DNA from: Acidobacteriota bacterium
GTDB taxonomy: Bacteria > Acidobacteriota > UBA4820 > DSQY01
Direction: 5' to 3'
DNA length: 64,000 nucleotides
Assembly (NCBI GenBank): GCA_021787565.1
Contig: JAJYLT010000016.1
Coordinates: 9,156 to 73,155, forward strand
Shown here piece after piece: positions 10,829 through 22,116 of the stretch. The notes beneath the pieces are model-generated. The model saw nothing but the letters and a program-made list of their open reading frames with translations, had not been told where the DNA came from and searched no databases. A program made the translations under genes and the position numbers. Every line of letters starts with the position of its first letter. Positions within the stretch are counted from its first letter, which is position 1.

Positions 10829-13096
10829 TCACTCTCGGACCTCGGCCTGCCCTTCGCTCCCCACTTCCTGGCCCTGGGTCTCGGCCCTCTCCATCGTGCT
10901 TTCCGCTCTCTCGTCCAGCAGCATGCGGAGCAGGGCGCGGGCCTCCGCCGGCCCGCTGACGCGGTAGGCGGCCTTGCTGGGCCGGGACCCCACGTGCACG
11001 GTGATGCTCCCCGGCGGCAGCACGGCGAAGAGCTCTTCGTCGGTCCGGTGGTCACCCATGGCGAGGACCCCCATTCCATCGGCCGGCTCCAGGCCGATCC
11101 GCTCGGCGATGACCCCCTTGTGGGTCCCCGCCATGCGGACTTCCAGCACCTTGTTGCCGGGCACCAGATCCACGCCCAGCTCCTTGAGGTCGCGCAGGAG
11201 GCGGCGCGTGAGTTCCGCGGCCTGCCGCTCTCCGAACTCGGGGTCGGCCATGCCGTAATGCCAGGCCATGGCCGCCGTCTTCTCCTCCAGGAAGGACCCG
11301 GGCGTCGTCCTAAGGGCCTCGTTCAGGATGGATCCGACCTTCTCCTTCCAGCCGGGCGCCTCCGCGTGGAGGGGAAGCCACCATCCACCGGGGTAGAACC
11401 GCGACCAGAAGCCGTGCTCCGCGTGGAGGGTGATGGGAAGGGAGCCGAACCAGCGCTGGATCACTTCGGGCGGGCGGCCGCTGATGAGGTGGACCACCGT
11501 ACGAGGATGGACCGCCAGGGCCTTCAGCAGATCCAGGAGCTCCGCGTCGGGGGCGGCCAACTGCGGCGAGGTGGCGTAGGGCACGAGGGTGCCGTCGTAG
11601 TCGAGCAATAACACGCGCCCCCACGCCCCCCGGAGCTGCTCGGCCACGCGGGCCAGGGTCTGGGGGGAGCTGACCCGGCCGGCTCGGGTCGCGGTTCGCG
11701 GGCGGGCCGCATCGAGGGCCGCCAGAAAACTCTCCGCCCAGCGGTAGGAGTCGTAGGTGGCCACCCGCCGCCTGAGGGCCTGCATGCGCGCGCGGCGTTC
11801 CTCCTCGGACATGGACAGCGCCGCCAGGATGGCGGTGGCCGTGGCCTCCGTGTCGTAGGGGTTCACCTGCAGCGCCTCGGCCAGCTCGGAGGCGGCGCCG
11901 GCGAACTCGCTCAGCACGAGCACTCCCGAGTCATCCGTCCGCGTGGCCACGAACTCCTTCGCCACCAGGTTCATTCCATCTCTCAGGGGGGTCACGAGCA
12001 TGACATCCGCCGCCCGGTAGAAGGCCACGAGCTGCTCCTGGGAGATGGAGTGGTAGAGGTAGTGGATGAGCACCGACTGGATCGTGGCGTGGCGGGAGTT
12101 GACGCGACCCACGAGCCCATCCAGCTCCTGCCGGTAGTTCCTGTAGGACTCCACCTTGGTCCGCGAGGGAACGACCACCTGCACGAAGCGGATCTTTCCG
12201 CGGAGCGAGGGCTCCCGCTCGATGAGCCGGTCCACGGCCATGATCCGGTGGGGCAGCCCCTTCGTGTAGTCCAGCCGGTCGATGCCGAGGAGGAGCTTGC
12301 GTCCCCCGAGATCCTCGCGAATGGAGGCCACCTCATCTCGGACCGGCCCCGACTCGGCCATTCTCTCGAAGTGCTGGGCGTCGATGCCCATGGGGAAGAC
12401 GCCGAAGCGAATCTCCCGATTCGAGTACTGAAGCCTGTTCCCCGTGACTTCCCGCCGCAGGATCAGGTTTATCGTTCGGCTGAAGTGGCGCAGGTAGGAG
12501 TAGGTGTGGAAGCCCACGAGGTCGGCCCCGAGGATTCCCTCCAGGATTTCCGTTCGCCAGGGCAGGACCCGGAAGACGTCGGAGGAGGGAAAGGGGATGT
12601 GCAGGAAGAAACCGATGCGGGCCTCGGGCAGGATCTGCCGCAAGAGTACCGGAACGAGGGCCAATTGATAATCGTGCACCCAGATCGCGTCGCCGCGGCG
12701 GTAGTGGGCCGCCACCGCCTCGGCGAAGCGCTGGTTGGCCTCCGTGTACGCGAGCCAGTTCTCGCCCGCGTCCGGCTGGACCTTGTCGATCAGGTAGTGA
12801 AAGAGGGGCCAGAGCACGCCGTTGGCGAATCCCTCGTAATAGCGGCGAACCTCGGCCTGGGTCAGGTAGACGGGCGCCGTGCCCACCGCCGCGAGGCGCT
12901 CTTCGAGAACGGCCCGCTCCTCCTTGCTCAGCCGGGGCAGGTCGCCCGGCCAGCCGATCCAGAGGGCCCCGGAGCGCTCGTGGGGCCCCTTGAGGCCCGT
13001 GGCCAGGCCTCCCACCGAGGGGCCGACGATGAAATCCCCCTCCTCGCGGGTGACGGTCACGGGGAGGCGGTTGGATACGATCAGCAATCGGCTCAT
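10829..13096 (-). CDS. Bifunctional trehalose-6-phosphate synthase/phosphatase (OtsA-OtsB fusion)
   Basis: [44 protein letters not shown]; C-terminal HAD motif LDYDGTL. Confidence 0.95.
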   Translation of the reverse strand: MSRLLIVSNRLPVTVTREEGDFIVGPSVGGLATGLKGPHERSGALWIGWPGDLPRLSKEERAVLEERLAAVGTAPVYLTQAEVRRYYEGFANGVLWPLFHYLIDKVQPDAGENWLAYTEANQRFAEAVAAHYRRGDAIWVHDYQLALVPVLLRQILPEARIGFFLHIPFPSSDVFRVLPWRTEILEGILGADLVGFHTYSYLRHFSRTINLILRREVTGNRLQYSNREIRFGVFPMGIDAQHFERMAESGPVRDEVASIREDLGGRKLLLGIDRLDYTKGLPHRIMAVDRLIEREPSLRGKIRFVQVVVPSRTKVESYRNYRQELDGLVGRVNSRHATIQSVLIHYLYHSISQEQLVAFYRAADVMLVTPLRDGMNLVAKEFVATRTDDSGVLVLSEFAGAASELAEALQVNPYDTEATATAILAALSMSEEERRARMQALRRRVATYDSYRWAESFLAALDAARPRTATRAGRVSSPQTLARVAEQLRGAWGRVLLLDYDGTLVPYATSPQLAAPDAELLDLLKALAVHPRTVVHLISGRPPEVIQRWFGSLPITLHAEHGFWSRFYPGGWWLPLHAEAPGWKEKVGSILNEALRTTPGSFLEEKTAAMAWHYGMADPEFGERQAAELTRRLLRDLKELGVDLVPGNKVLEVRMAGTHKGVIAERIGLEPADGMGVLAMGDHRTDEELFAVLPPGSITVHVGSRPSKAAYRVSGPAEARALLRMLLDERAESTMERAETQGQEVGSEGQAEVRE

Positions 13097-13496
13097 GTCA
13101 GCACCTTAGAGCAACGGCCCGCTGCCCCTGAGCTGGGGCTCTTCGGAAGTGGATGCCGGGGAGTTCGGGCCGGTCGCGCACCCTCTCCCATGAGGCTGCC
13201 GCCTATCACAGTTACCATAGGTCCCAAGGAAGCCGTCCGCAAGCCGGCCCGCTGGGGCCCCTCACGGGCCGCGCCGCCGGAAGCGGACGATCCCCCAGAG
13301 CCCCCGGAGGACCCCCATCAGGAAGTAAGACCCCGAGCAGGACGGCCCGAGGAGGGGGTGGGCCAGGGTCCACGCGGGATCGGTCTGGGCCTTCAGTACG
13401 GCGGCGATGACGACCCCGCAGAAGCAGCAGGAGAGGAGGGCGGCTGATCACGGTGACGGGGTGCCCCCTCCGATCCTCCCGCGCACGCCTGCCTCC

Positions 13497-15011
13497 TCAG
13501 CGGTCCCTCCGCCTGCGGGGGGGCCTGTTGCTCGAAGGCCTCCGATCCGGAGCGGCGCTCGGCTGGGCGGCGGGACGAGCCTCCACGGGCGCCTCGGGGG
13601 CAACGTTGAGGGTGCGCTGGTAGTAGTCGTCCAGGAGCATGGCCACCACGGCCGCCTCGTCCTCCTCCTGCCCGAGGCTGCGGGCCAGTGCGGTGAAGCG
13701 GTTCATGCGTTCGAGCTGGAGGCCGTCGCGGGAGCGCAGGTCGGCCTCGAGCTTGGCCGTGACGCGCTGGCCCACCAGCGTCCCCACCTCCTCGTCGGTG
13801 GGCAGCGTCCGCTCCTGGAGCGGGATACCGTACTGCTCGCCCACCTGCCGCAGCTTGATCTCCTCCATGCCCGCAACCAACGTGATGGACTGTCCGGTGG
13901 CACCCGCGCGGCCCGTGCGGCCGGCCCTGTGGATGTAGGATTCGGGGTCCTCGCCGGGCTCGTACTGGATCACGTGGGAGAGCTCGGGGATGTCGATGCC
14001 CCGGGCCGCCACGTCCGTGGCCACCAGAAACCGCAGGTCGCCCTTCCGGAGCTTGGCCATCACCTTCTCGCGCGCCGCCTGCGAGAGATCGGCGCTCAGC
14101 TCGTCCGCGTCGTACCCGAAGCGCTGGAGGACCACGGAGACGTAGTGCACGTTCGCCTTGGTGTTGCAGAAGATGATGGCCGAGAGCGGGTTCTCCACCT
14201 CGATGATCTTGACGAGGCTCCGGTCCTTCTTCATGGGGGGCACGATGTAGAAGATGTGCTCCGTCTCCGCCACGTGGACGCGGTCGCGGCTCAGGCTGAG
14301 AAACTCGGGCTCCTTCAGGAACTCGCCCGCCAGGCGGAGCACGAAGGCCGGGTAGGTGGCGGAGAACATGTAGCCGTTGATGCGATGCTCCGGCACGAAT
14401 TTCTGCAACCTCCGCATGTCGGGATAGAAACCCATGGAGAGCATCCGGTCGGCTTCATCGAAGACGAGGATCCGAAGGTCCTTCAGCGAGAGGGTCCGCT
14501 TGAGGAGGTGGTCCAGGATCCGGCCCGGGGTCCCCACCACGAGGTGTGCCCCCTTCTTGAAGCCCTCGATCTGGGGCCCGTAGGCGGCTCCGCCGTAGAC
14601 CACGACGGAGCGCATCCCCGCCGAGCCGCAGAGGAGCTCGGCCTCGCGGGAGACCTGGAGGGCCAGCTCGCGGGTGGGCACGAGCACCAGCGCCTGGCAG
14701 GAGGCTCGGTCGAGGTCGATGCGGTCCAGGATGGGCAGGAGGTAGGCTCCCGTCTTCCCGCTTCCCGTGCGGGACTGGACCATGAGGTCCCGCTTGGCCA
14801 GGAAATAGGGGATCCCCTTGGCCTGAACGGGCATGAGGGAGGTCCACCCGGCACGGATGGCCGCCTCCCGAATTCTCGGGGAGAGTTGCTCCAAACTCGC
14901 TTCCGGTAGGGCGTCCGCCGGTTCCACTACATCCTCGGCGGGTCCGCCCGTTTTCACTTCCTGGTCCGTGGCGCCGGCTGCGGGCCAGGGACGATTCGGT
15001 TCCTCGTTCAT
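13497..15011 (-). CDS. DEAD-box RNA helicase
   Basis: TGSGKT, PTRELA, DEAD, SAT, ARGID, HRAGRTGRAG; start codon approximate. Confidence 0.95.
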   Translation of the reverse strand: MNEEPNRPWPAAGATDQEVKTGGPAEDVVEPADALPEASLEQLSPRIREAAIRAGWTSLMPVQAKGIPYFLAKRDLMVQSRTGSGKTGAYLLPILDRIDLDRASCQALVLVPTRELALQVSREAELLCGSAGMRSVVVYGGAAYGPQIEGFKKGAHLVVGTPGRILDHLLKRTLSLKDLRILVFDEADRMLSMGFYPDMRRLQKFVPEHRINGYMFSATYPAFVLRLAGEFLKEPEFLSLSRDRVHVAETEHIFYIVPPMKKDRSLVKIIEVENPLSAIIFCNTKANVHYVSVVLQRFGYDADELSADLSQAAREKVMAKLRKGDLRFLVATDVAARGIDIPELSHVIQYEPGEDPESYIHRAGRTGRAGATGQSITLVAGMEEIKLRQVGEQYGIPLQERTLPTDEEVGTLVGQRVTAKLEADLRSRDGLQLERMNRFTALARSLGQEEDEAAVVAMLLDDYYQRTLNVAPEAPVEARPAAQPSAAPDRRPSSNRPPRRRRDR

Positions 15012-15132
15012 CCAATTTCTCCGGTTGCACTCCATCGCTGGCGCGCGGGAAACACCGGCTGCCCGCCACGGGCGCCCGGCCTGACGGCCATTATACACCG
15101 ACCGCCGGCCCGGCGGCGCCGTGGCGGCCGGA

Positions 15133-15283
15133 CCCCGATTCCGCGATAGCGGCTCAACGCCTGCGTAGGAGCGGCGCCTCGCCGCGAACCGGGTGACCCT
15201 GCGACCAGGACGCGGTGCCCGCGCACGGTCCGTCGCGCCGGGGGCGGCGCTCCTACGAGTGCAATTCCATCGCGGAATTTGGG
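15133..15283 (-). mobile_element. MITE family A copy 2
   Basis: Reverse-orientation copy; direct repeat CCGGA at 15128-15132 and 15284-15288. Confidence 0.93.
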
Positions 15284-15306
15284 CCGGAGGGCGCTTCGGT
15301 GCCGCC

Positions 15307-15729
15307 TCAGTCCGGGTCCGGTCGCTCTCCCCGGCGCCGTTTCAGTTCGCCCCTCCGGTGCTTGCCGGAGAGCCGGCGCTCCCTGGAGGCCGTCGTCGGA
15401 GCCGTGGGCCTCCTGGCCTTGGGCGCCCGCGCGGCCGCGCGCAGCAGGGTCAGGAGCCGCTCCAGGGCGTCCTCGCGGTTGCGCTCGCGCGCCCTGAAGC
15501 GCCTGGCCTCGATGATCACCACCCCCTCCGAGGTGGCCCGCTTCCCCGCCAGGCGCAGCAGCCGGGCCCGCACCTCCTCGGGAAGCGAGGGAGACCGCGC
15601 GGCGTCGAATCGGAGCTGGACCGCCGTGGCCACCTTGTTCACGTTCTGCCCGCCGGGTCCGGGAGACCGGACGAAGGCCTCCTCCAGCTCCTCCTCCCGG
15701 ATGGACAGCCACTCGTTCACCTCGATCAC
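15307..15729 (-). CDS. arfB: Alternative ribosome rescue peptidyl-tRNA hydrolase ArfB
   Basis: RSPGPGGQNVNKVATAVQLRFD, basic C-terminal tail; AAGGAGG before GTG. Confidence 0.93.
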   Translation of the reverse strand: MIEVNEWLSIREEELEEAFVRSPGPGGQNVNKVATAVQLRFDAARSPSLPEEVRARLLRLAGKRATSEGVVIIEARRFRARERNREDALERLLTLLRAAARAPKARRPTAPTTASRERRLSGKHRRGELKRRRGERPDPD

Positions 15730-16008
15730 CCGCACCTCCTTTCGGGGCGGACCAAGCCCCCTCGGGCCCTCCCCCACCCGGCCCATACCGGCGTAAGTCC
15801 TGCCCCGCGGCGGTCTCGGCCCTCCCCCGTAGCATCCCGTCGCGAATGAGGCTATAAGTTTAAGTGTGCCGCACCGGAGAGGCGCGCGCCAGGGGTCGGC
15901 CCCGGATGGTCCCGGGGGCCTCGATGGCGAGGGTTTTCCGCGCCGGCCGGGGTGGCCGCCTGGAACCGCGGAGTTCCGGCGGGAGAGGAACGGGGAGAGG
16001 GAGCTTCG

Positions 16009-17589
16009 ATGGCCCGTCAGGGTGCCCCTCATCAGGTATCCGCTTCCGATTTTGACGCCTTCCTGTTCGACTTGGACGGAGTGGTGACGCGTACCTCCAA
16101 GGTCCACGCGGCGGCCTGGAAGGAGCTCTTCGACGACTACCTTCGCCGGCGAGCCGTTCGGCTGGATGAGACCTTCCGTCCCTTCGATCCGTGCGCGGAC
16201 TACAACCGCTACCTGGACGGGAAGACCCGCTACGAGGGGGTGGAGAGCTTCCTCGCCTCCCGGTCCATCGAGCTGCCCCCGGGGACGCCTCAGGACGGCC
16301 CGGACGCGGAGACCGTCTGCGGCCTGGGCAACCGCAAGAGCGAGATCTACCTGGAGCTCCTCCGCCGCCACGGCGTGGAGAGCATCGCCTCGGCCCTCGC
16401 CTTCATTCAGTGCCTTCGCGTCCTCGGCGTCAGGACCGGCGTCGTCTCCTCCAGCCGCAACGGGCGGAGCGTTCTTGGGCGAGCGGGCCTGAGTCACCTC
16501 TTCGATGCGGTGGTGGACGGCAACGACGTCGAGGGCCTGCATCTTGCCGGAATGCCCGATCCCGCCATCTTCCTGGAGGCGGTCCGGCGCCTGGGCGCCT
16601 CTCCGGCCCGCACGGCCGTGGTGGAGGACGCCCTGACGGGGGTCCAGGCCGGGCGAAAGGCGGGGTTCGGCCTCGTCATCGGCGTGGACCGGTCGGGACA
16701 GACGAGGGCCCTGGAGCTGGGGGGGGCGGACATCGTGGTTTCAGATCTCGCCCAGGTGCGCCTGGCGGAGAGCCCGGAGATCGGGGGTCACCTGACCTCC
16801 CACCTGCCCTCCGCCCTCGAACGGATCGAAGAGATCTCGGCCGCCGCCCGGGGCAAGCGCCTCGCGGTCTTTCTGGACTACGACGGAACCCTCACTCCCA
16901 TCGTGGCGAGCCCGGAGCTGGCCGTCCTTTCCGACGAGATGAGGAGCGCGCTCGAAGAGCTGGCCCGGCGGTGCACGGTGGCGGTCGTCAGCGGGCGGGA
17001 CCTGCGCGACGTCCAGCGGATGGTCGGCCTGGACGGACTCCTCTACGCCGGGAGCCACGGCTTCGAGATCCAGGGGCACGAGGGGCGCCGCATCGAATAC
17101 GAGCAGGACGCGGCCTTTCTGCCGCTGGTGGACGAGGCGGAGCGGCTCCTCAGGGAGCGCCTGGGAGGCTTGCCCGGCGCCCTCGTCGAGCGCAAGCGAT
17201 TCTCCGTGGCGGCCCACTACCGCAACGTGGCCGAAGGCCACCGGCCGGCGGTCGCCCGGGCTGTCGAGGAGGTGCTCTGCGCCCTCCCGGGGCTCCGCAG
17301 GGGCGACGGGAAGATGGTTTACGACCTCCAGCCCCGCGTGGACTGGAACAAGGGCAAGGCCCTGCTCTGGATGCTGGAGCAGCTGGGGCTGCGCGGCGCA
17401 GGCGTCCTGCCCGTCTACGTGGGGGACGACCTCACCGACGAAGACGCCTTTCGCGCCATCGAGGGCCTCGGCCTGGGCGTCGTGGTCCGCGACCTCAAGG
17501 ATGAGAGGCCCACCGCGGCGCGCTACGCGCTCGCGGACACGGCCGAGGTCCTGGCCTTCCTGAAGGCGCTCTCCGGCCTGCATTCCTGA
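16009..17589 (+). CDS. otsB: Beta-phosphoglucomutase-like HAD fused to trehalose-6-phosphate phosphatase
   Basis: FDLDGVVT...VEDA N-terminal HAD; [34 protein letters not shown]-terminal TPP domain. Confidence 0.88.
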   Translation: MARQGAPHQVSASDFDAFLFDLDGVVTRTSKVHAAAWKELFDDYLRRRAVRLDETFRPFDPCADYNRYLDGKTRYEGVESFLASRSIELPPGTPQDGPDAETVCGLGNRKSEIYLELLRRHGVESIASALAFIQCLRVLGVRTGVVSSSRNGRSVLGRAGLSHLFDAVVDGNDVEGLHLAGMPDPAIFLEAVRRLGASPARTAVVEDALTGVQAGRKAGFGLVIGVDRSGQTRALELGGADIVVSDLAQVRLAESPEIGGHLTSHLPSALERIEEISAAARGKRLAVFLDYDGTLTPIVASPELAVLSDEMRSALEELARRCTVAVVSGRDLRDVQRMVGLDGLLYAGSHGFEIQGHEGRRIEYEQDAAFLPLVDEAERLLRERLGGLPGALVERKRFSVAAHYRNVAEGHRPAVARAVEEVLCALPGLRRGDGKMVYDLQPRVDWNKGKALLWMLEQLGLRGAGVLPVYVGDDLTDEDAFRAIEGLGLGVVVRDLKDERPTAARYALADTAEVLAFLKALSGLHS

Positions 17590-17605
17590 GGGAGCCCGGG
17601 CCTCG

Positions 17606-18733
17606 TCACACCACCCGCCTGAGAACAACCAAGGACAGGTCGTCGAAGGGATGGCCGTCCCCCGAGAAGGCCGCCTCCTCCTGGAGCATGCGTCGGCCCG
17701 CCTCCTCGGCGGTGAGGCCCGCGAGAGCCGGCAAGAGGGCCGTCAGGCGCTCCTCCCCGAAGAACTCGCCCCGCGGGCTCCGGGCCTCGGTGAGCCCGTC
17801 CGAATAGGCCACCAGCAGGTCGCCCTGGGCCAGCTCCATGCGCTGCTCCACGAATTCGGCATCGGCGAGGATGCCGAGGGGCTTGGCCACGGGCGGAAGG
17901 GTGTGGACCTGGCCCTCGTGAAGCACCAGCGGCGGCATGTGGCCCGCGTTCAGAAGCCTCACCGCACCGTCCCCGGGAACCACCCGCAGGTAAAGCAGGG
18001 TGGCGAACTTGCCGGGGACGCCGTCCCGGCAGAGGATCTGGTTGACGCGCCGGCCCAGCTCGGCGAGGCCTGCGCACTCGGGGGCCAGGGCGCGCAGGGT
18101 GGACTGGAGCTTGGCCATGAGGAGGGCGGCCGGGAGCCCCTTGCCCGAGACGTCCCCGAGGGTGAGCCCCAGTCCGTCGGCGGAGAGCGAGAGATAGTCC
18201 ACGAGGTCGCCGCCTACGTCATTCGCGGGCCGGGTGAAGAGCCACGTCTCCCAGCCCGCCAGCACGGGGTTGTCCCGGGGGAGGAGGGCGAGCTGCACGG
18301 CGCGCCCGGCCTCCAGTTCGTCCCGCGCCAGGAGCTTGTCCTTGAGCTCGAGCATGAGGATCACCAGGACGATCGCGAAGCTGAAGATCGACATGCTGAG
18401 GGTGAGGTTCACGCGGCCGGTGTCGATCGAGACGTCGTTGAAAAAGAGGAGCAGGAAGGCCCCCAGGAGCAGGAGCCTCCGGGCCGGGGGCAGCCTCAGG
18501 ATGAGGCTCCTCACGAGCCAGCCGGCGACCTTGATCCAGCGCCGGAGGCGGCCCATGTTCTTCAGCCGCTCGCGCGAGGCCTCATCCAGGTAGAAATCGT
18601 AGAGCTCCTCCATGTCCCGCCTGAGGGTCCGGCTCAGACCGCCCTTTTGCAGGTCTGTGAAGACGGCCCGGCCCAGGTTCTTGACGGTGGGGGCGCCGTT
18701 CCCCTTTGCTTCAGATCCGGTTCTCACCGACAT
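17606..18733 (-). CDS. Membrane-anchored PP2C/SpoIIE (RsbU-like) phosphatase
   Basis: VGGD, GDVSGKG, NAGH, YSDGLTE, DDLS motifs; hydrophobic N-terminal helices. Confidence 0.9.
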   Translation of the reverse strand: MSVRTGSEAKGNGAPTVKNLGRAVFTDLQKGGLSRTLRRDMEELYDFYLDEASRERLKNMGRLRRWIKVAGWLVRSLILRLPPARRLLLLGAFLLLFFNDVSIDTGRVNLTLSMSIFSFAIVLVILMLELKDKLLARDELEAGRAVQLALLPRDNPVLAGWETWLFTRPANDVGGDLVDYLSLSADGLGLTLGDVSGKGLPAALLMAKLQSTLRALAPECAGLAELGRRVNQILCRDGVPGKFATLLYLRVVPGDGAVRLLNAGHMPPLVLHEGQVHTLPPVAKPLGILADAEFVEQRMELAQGDLLVAYSDGLTEARSPRGEFFGEERLTALLPALAGLTAEEAGRRMLQEEAAFSGDGHPFDDLSLVVLRRVV

Positions 18734-18776
18734 GCGAGTCCTTCGAAAGAGGGGAGCGTGCCGGAGAGGGCCGGCC

Positions 18777-19742
18777 TCACAGGCTCCACGTCCACCCCCG
18801 CCGGTCTAGAGCGAGCGCGATGGCGCTCAACAACGAGATGACCGCCGCATCCTCCAGGGCCAGGAGCCAGCCTGGCGCCTGAGCGTAGAGGGCATCCCCC
18901 AGCAGGACGTAGAAGGGGCCCAGCATCCCGAACTGCAGGAGATAGAGGAAGAGCGGGTTCCGCCCCCAGGCGGCGAGCAGCCGAGGACCCTTCACGAGCA
19001 GCCGCTCGGCCCGGTGAAAGCCCCAGAAGACCAGGGCGGCCAGGCCGGTGGTGACGAGGACGTAGGTGGGTGAGACGCGCGCCTTGCTCACGGGCGAGAG
19101 GGGAGCCAGGATTGCCCCCGCGGCCACCAGGAGGAGGCCCGCCCAGGGGAGCCACCGGCGGTTCCGCTCGTCGGCGTAGAGATCGCCCAGCGCGGTGGCC
19201 AGCAGCAGCATGGCCGACCAGGCCATGGAGCCCTGGATGCCGCCGTGGGAGGCTGCCTTCACGATGGAGAGCCAGCTGTCGTAGAGGAGGAAGTGGTAGG
19301 CGAGGAGCAGGATCAGCCCCGCGAGCGCCCGCACCCAGGCCGGCAGCAGGATGAAGGGGATGGCCACGAGACCCGCCATTCCGATGGCCTGAAGGACGCC
19401 CCAGTACTGCCCGCCCTGGGGTATGCCCACCACGTGGCCCACCGCCGAGATGAGGTAGCCCAGGCCGAGGATGGCCGCGTAGCGCTCGAAGAGGTGCTGC
19501 ATGGCCGCGTCGCGGCCCACCCTGGCGATGCGCCGCCTCACCGAGGGGCCGTAGGTGAGGCCGATGGCGAAGTAGAAGAAAGGCGCCACCAGATCCGTGA
19601 GCGTGAGCCCCACGTCGGGGCTGTGCTTCAGCATCGGCCACACGTGCACGGCGCCGTCCAGGAAGTTGAGGATGACCATGAGCAGGATGGTCAAGCCGCG
19701 GAAGTGGTCGATGGCGGCGATGCGCGCTTTGTTCTCCACCAT
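18777..19742 (-). CDS. Heparan-alpha-glucosaminide N-acetyltransferase-like membrane protein
   Basis: RIAAIDHFRGLTILLM, TLTDLVAPFF, WGVLQAIG, GRNPL; multiple TM helices. Confidence 0.8.
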   Translation of the reverse strand: MVENKARIAAIDHFRGLTILLMVILNFLDGAVHVWPMLKHSPDVGLTLTDLVAPFFYFAIGLTYGPSVRRRIARVGRDAAMQHLFERYAAILGLGYLISAVGHVVGIPQGGQYWGVLQAIGMAGLVAIPFILLPAWVRALAGLILLLAYHFLLYDSWLSIVKAASHGGIQGSMAWSAMLLLATALGDLYADERNRRWLPWAGLLLVAAGAILAPLSPVSKARVSPTYVLVTTGLAALVFWGFHRAERLLVKGPRLLAAWGRNPLFLYLLQFGMLGPFYVLLGDALYAQAPGWLLALEDAAVISLLSAIALALDRRGWTWSL

Positions 19743-19801
19743 GGGCAGGCTCCTTTACCGAGGAAGAGCTGGAGAGCGCCGCGTTCCTTCCGGCCCCATC
19801 C

Positions 19802-20509
19802 TCATCCCCTGAAGGGTAGACGCGCGGGAAGCTCGGAGGGCAGGAGCGCCAGGGCGCGCTCCACCGCCCGGACCCGCATCCGGCGCTTGGTTTCCGCGTA
19901 GGCGGCGGGATCCAGCAGGAGCAGTTCCCGCGCCGCCCCCGAGGCGGCCTCCTCGAGCGCCTGCGGAGTGGCCGGTGCCCCCGAGAAGAGACCCCATTGC
20001 GCCGCCTGTCCGGGCGAAGCGGCCCTGGCATGGAGGAGGAGTTCCGCGTGGCGCCGCGGGGGAATCGCCGTCTGGGCCACGAGGAGCGCCCAGGTGGGCA
20101 GGGCGAGCCCCGCGGCCACCTCGTTCATCTGCACCTTGAAGGGGCCATCGAGGATGAACCTCAGATCGCAGGCGAAGGCGAGCAGCGCCCCGCCCGCGAT
20201 GGCGTGGCCCGTGCAGGCCGCCACGGTGGGGCACGGAAAGGTGAACACCCGCAGGATCGCGCGCGCGAAGGCCTCGACCAGTCCATCCAGCTCCTTCGGT
20301 CCCAGGGAGGGGAGCAGCTTCACGTTGAGGCCGGCGGAGAAGAAACCTTCCCGGCCCCGCACCACGAGCGCCCGCACCGCTTCCCCCTCGGCCCGGTCCA
20401 GGGCCTGGTTCAGATCGGCGAAGAAGCCCCGGTCCATGGCGTTCACCTTGCCGTCGTCCAGGAGAATCCGCCCGATTCCATCCGAGGTCCCGAATTGCAC
20501 CCTGCCCAT
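19802..20509 (-). CDS. Enoyl-CoA hydratase/isomerase family protein
   Basis: DDGKVNA, FSAGLN, GHAIAGGA, NEVAAGL crotonase motifs. Confidence 0.88.
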   Translation of the reverse strand: MGRVQFGTSDGIGRILLDDGKVNAMDRGFFADLNQALDRAEGEAVRALVVRGREGFFSAGLNVKLLPSLGPKELDGLVEAFARAILRVFTFPCPTVAACTGHAIAGGALLAFACDLRFILDGPFKVQMNEVAAGLALPTWALLVAQTAIPPRRHAELLLHARAASPGQAAQWGLFSGAPATPQALEEAASGAARELLLLDPAAYAETKRRMRVRAVERALALLPSELPARLPFRG

Positions 20510-20709
20510 GCGCCACTCCTCCTCTTGCCTTCGCCGAAGCCTTACTCTAGGCCAGATGCCTCCCTCATGGAAGTGCCGCGAAGCTTGTTTGGGCCCCCAC
20601 CTCGGGGTATGCTTGCCGTGCGAGCAACCGGCGGCGACCTTCTTCAGATGCGACGACGGGAGAACGAACTCATCCCGCGACGGCGGCCGCCGGAGGCAGG
20701 AGGAATGCC

Positions 20710-21786
20710 ATGGCGAGTGACCGGAGCGTGTCCGTCCTGGATGCCGTCGAGAGTGCCCTGCACCAGACCCACCGCATCTGTTTCTCGCCTTTCGATTGGA
20801 AGAAGTGGTTCGTCCTCGGCTTCTGCGCCTTCCTGGCCGCTCTTGGCGAAGGGGGACCAAGCGGCGGCTTGGCCAACTTCCGGAGCAATCCCTTCCTGCG
20901 CCGAAGGGAACCCTTGCCCCCTTCCTTCGACCACTTCTCGTCCTGGGTGCTCGGCCACCTGCCTCTCATCGTCGCCATCGGAGCCGTCGTGCTGCTTCTC
21001 GGCGTCGCCCTCGGGGCCTTGTTGCAGTGGCTCGGCAGCCGCGGGCAGTTCATGTTCCTGGACGGCGTCCTGCACAACCGGGGCGCCGTGGTGGAGCCGT
21101 GGCACCGCTTCCGAAGGCTGGGCAACAGCCTCTTCCTCCTCCGTTTCCTGCTCGGGCTGATGGGGCTGGCGGCGGTCGCGGCCATCTCGGGCGCCTGCCT
21201 CTTCATCGCCTGGCCCTCCATCCGTGGTCGCCTCTTCGACGGGAGGGCCCTGCTCGCCGCGGTCCTCTTCATTCTCCTGGTCATCCCCTTGGCACTCCTC
21301 CTGCTGGCCATCAACCTCGTGCTCCACGATTTCGTGGTGCCCGTGATGGCCAAGCGCGAGATCACCGTGATGGCGGGCGTGCGCGTCTTCCGCGAAGAGC
21401 TGCTGCCCGGCCGGATCGGCGCCTTCCTGCTCTTCTACCTCCTGAAGCTCTTCCTGGTCATCGCCGCCGGCGTCATCATCACCCTCGGCACCTGCATCAC
21501 CTGCTGCATCGCCGGCCTGCCCTACATCAGCTCGGTCGTCTTCCTTCCGATCTTCGTCTTCATGAGGGCCTACTCACTGGCCTTCCTGGAGCAGTTCGGC
21601 GACGATTGGCTCCTCTTCTCCGAGGCGCCCCCAGCGAGCGCCACGGGCGCCTCGCCCGATCAACCCCCGCCGCCGCCCTCCGGCTCCGCGCCCGCGGAAC
21701 CGCCGCCGCACGACCTTTCGGAGGAGACCCAGCCGTCGCTCCAGGCGCCACCTCCAGGGGAATCGCAGCCCCCTCCCGAGGCCTGA
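20710..21786 (+). CDS. Conserved multi-pass membrane protein with Pro-rich tail
   Basis: KWFVLGFCAFLA, WLGSRGQFMFLD, several TM segments; AGGAGG RBS. Confidence 0.75.
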   Translation: MASDRSVSVLDAVESALHQTHRICFSPFDWKKWFVLGFCAFLAALGEGGPSGGLANFRSNPFLRRREPLPPSFDHFSSWVLGHLPLIVAIGAVVLLLGVALGALLQWLGSRGQFMFLDGVLHNRGAVVEPWHRFRRLGNSLFLLRFLLGLMGLAAVAAISGACLFIAWPSIRGRLFDGRALLAAVLFILLVIPLALLLLAINLVLHDFVVPVMAKREITVMAGVRVFREELLPGRIGAFLLFYLLKLFLVIAAGVIITLGTCITCCIAGLPYISSVVFLPIFVFMRAYSLAFLEQFGDDWLLFSEAPPASATGASPDQPPPPPSGSAPAEPPPHDLSEETQPSLQAPPPGESQPPPEA

Positions 21787-21829
21787 TCGGGGAGCAGGGC
21801 GAGCAAGCCGGACCAACCCTGCCAGGGGG

Positions 21830-22016
21830 CCCTCCAGTCCAGCTCCACCCTGGCGTCGCTCACGCCTGCGTCCACGGAGATGCGGGCCGAGTCCTTGCCC
21901 GAGGTGCCGGAGTCGAAGATGATCTTCTGCGCGTTCTCGGGGCAACCGTCATCCTCGCGGTCGCACAGCACCGTCATCGCGATCTTCGCCTCCGCCCCGT
22001 CGGCCCGGACGTCCAC
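21830..22016 (-). pseudogene. Coding-like fragment of an unknown gene
   Basis: High-GC3 codon pattern (DVRADGAEAKIAMTVLCDRE...RVELDW); runs into the convergent gene; family not recognised. Confidence 0.3.
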
Positions 22017-22116
22017 ACCGCCCGCCGGATTCCTACAGTGGTTCTACGCACCGAACCCCGCCCGAGTTTGCCGCCGCTCGGGATGCTAAAATCGTCCTCT
22101 TTCGGTGGAGGGCGCC

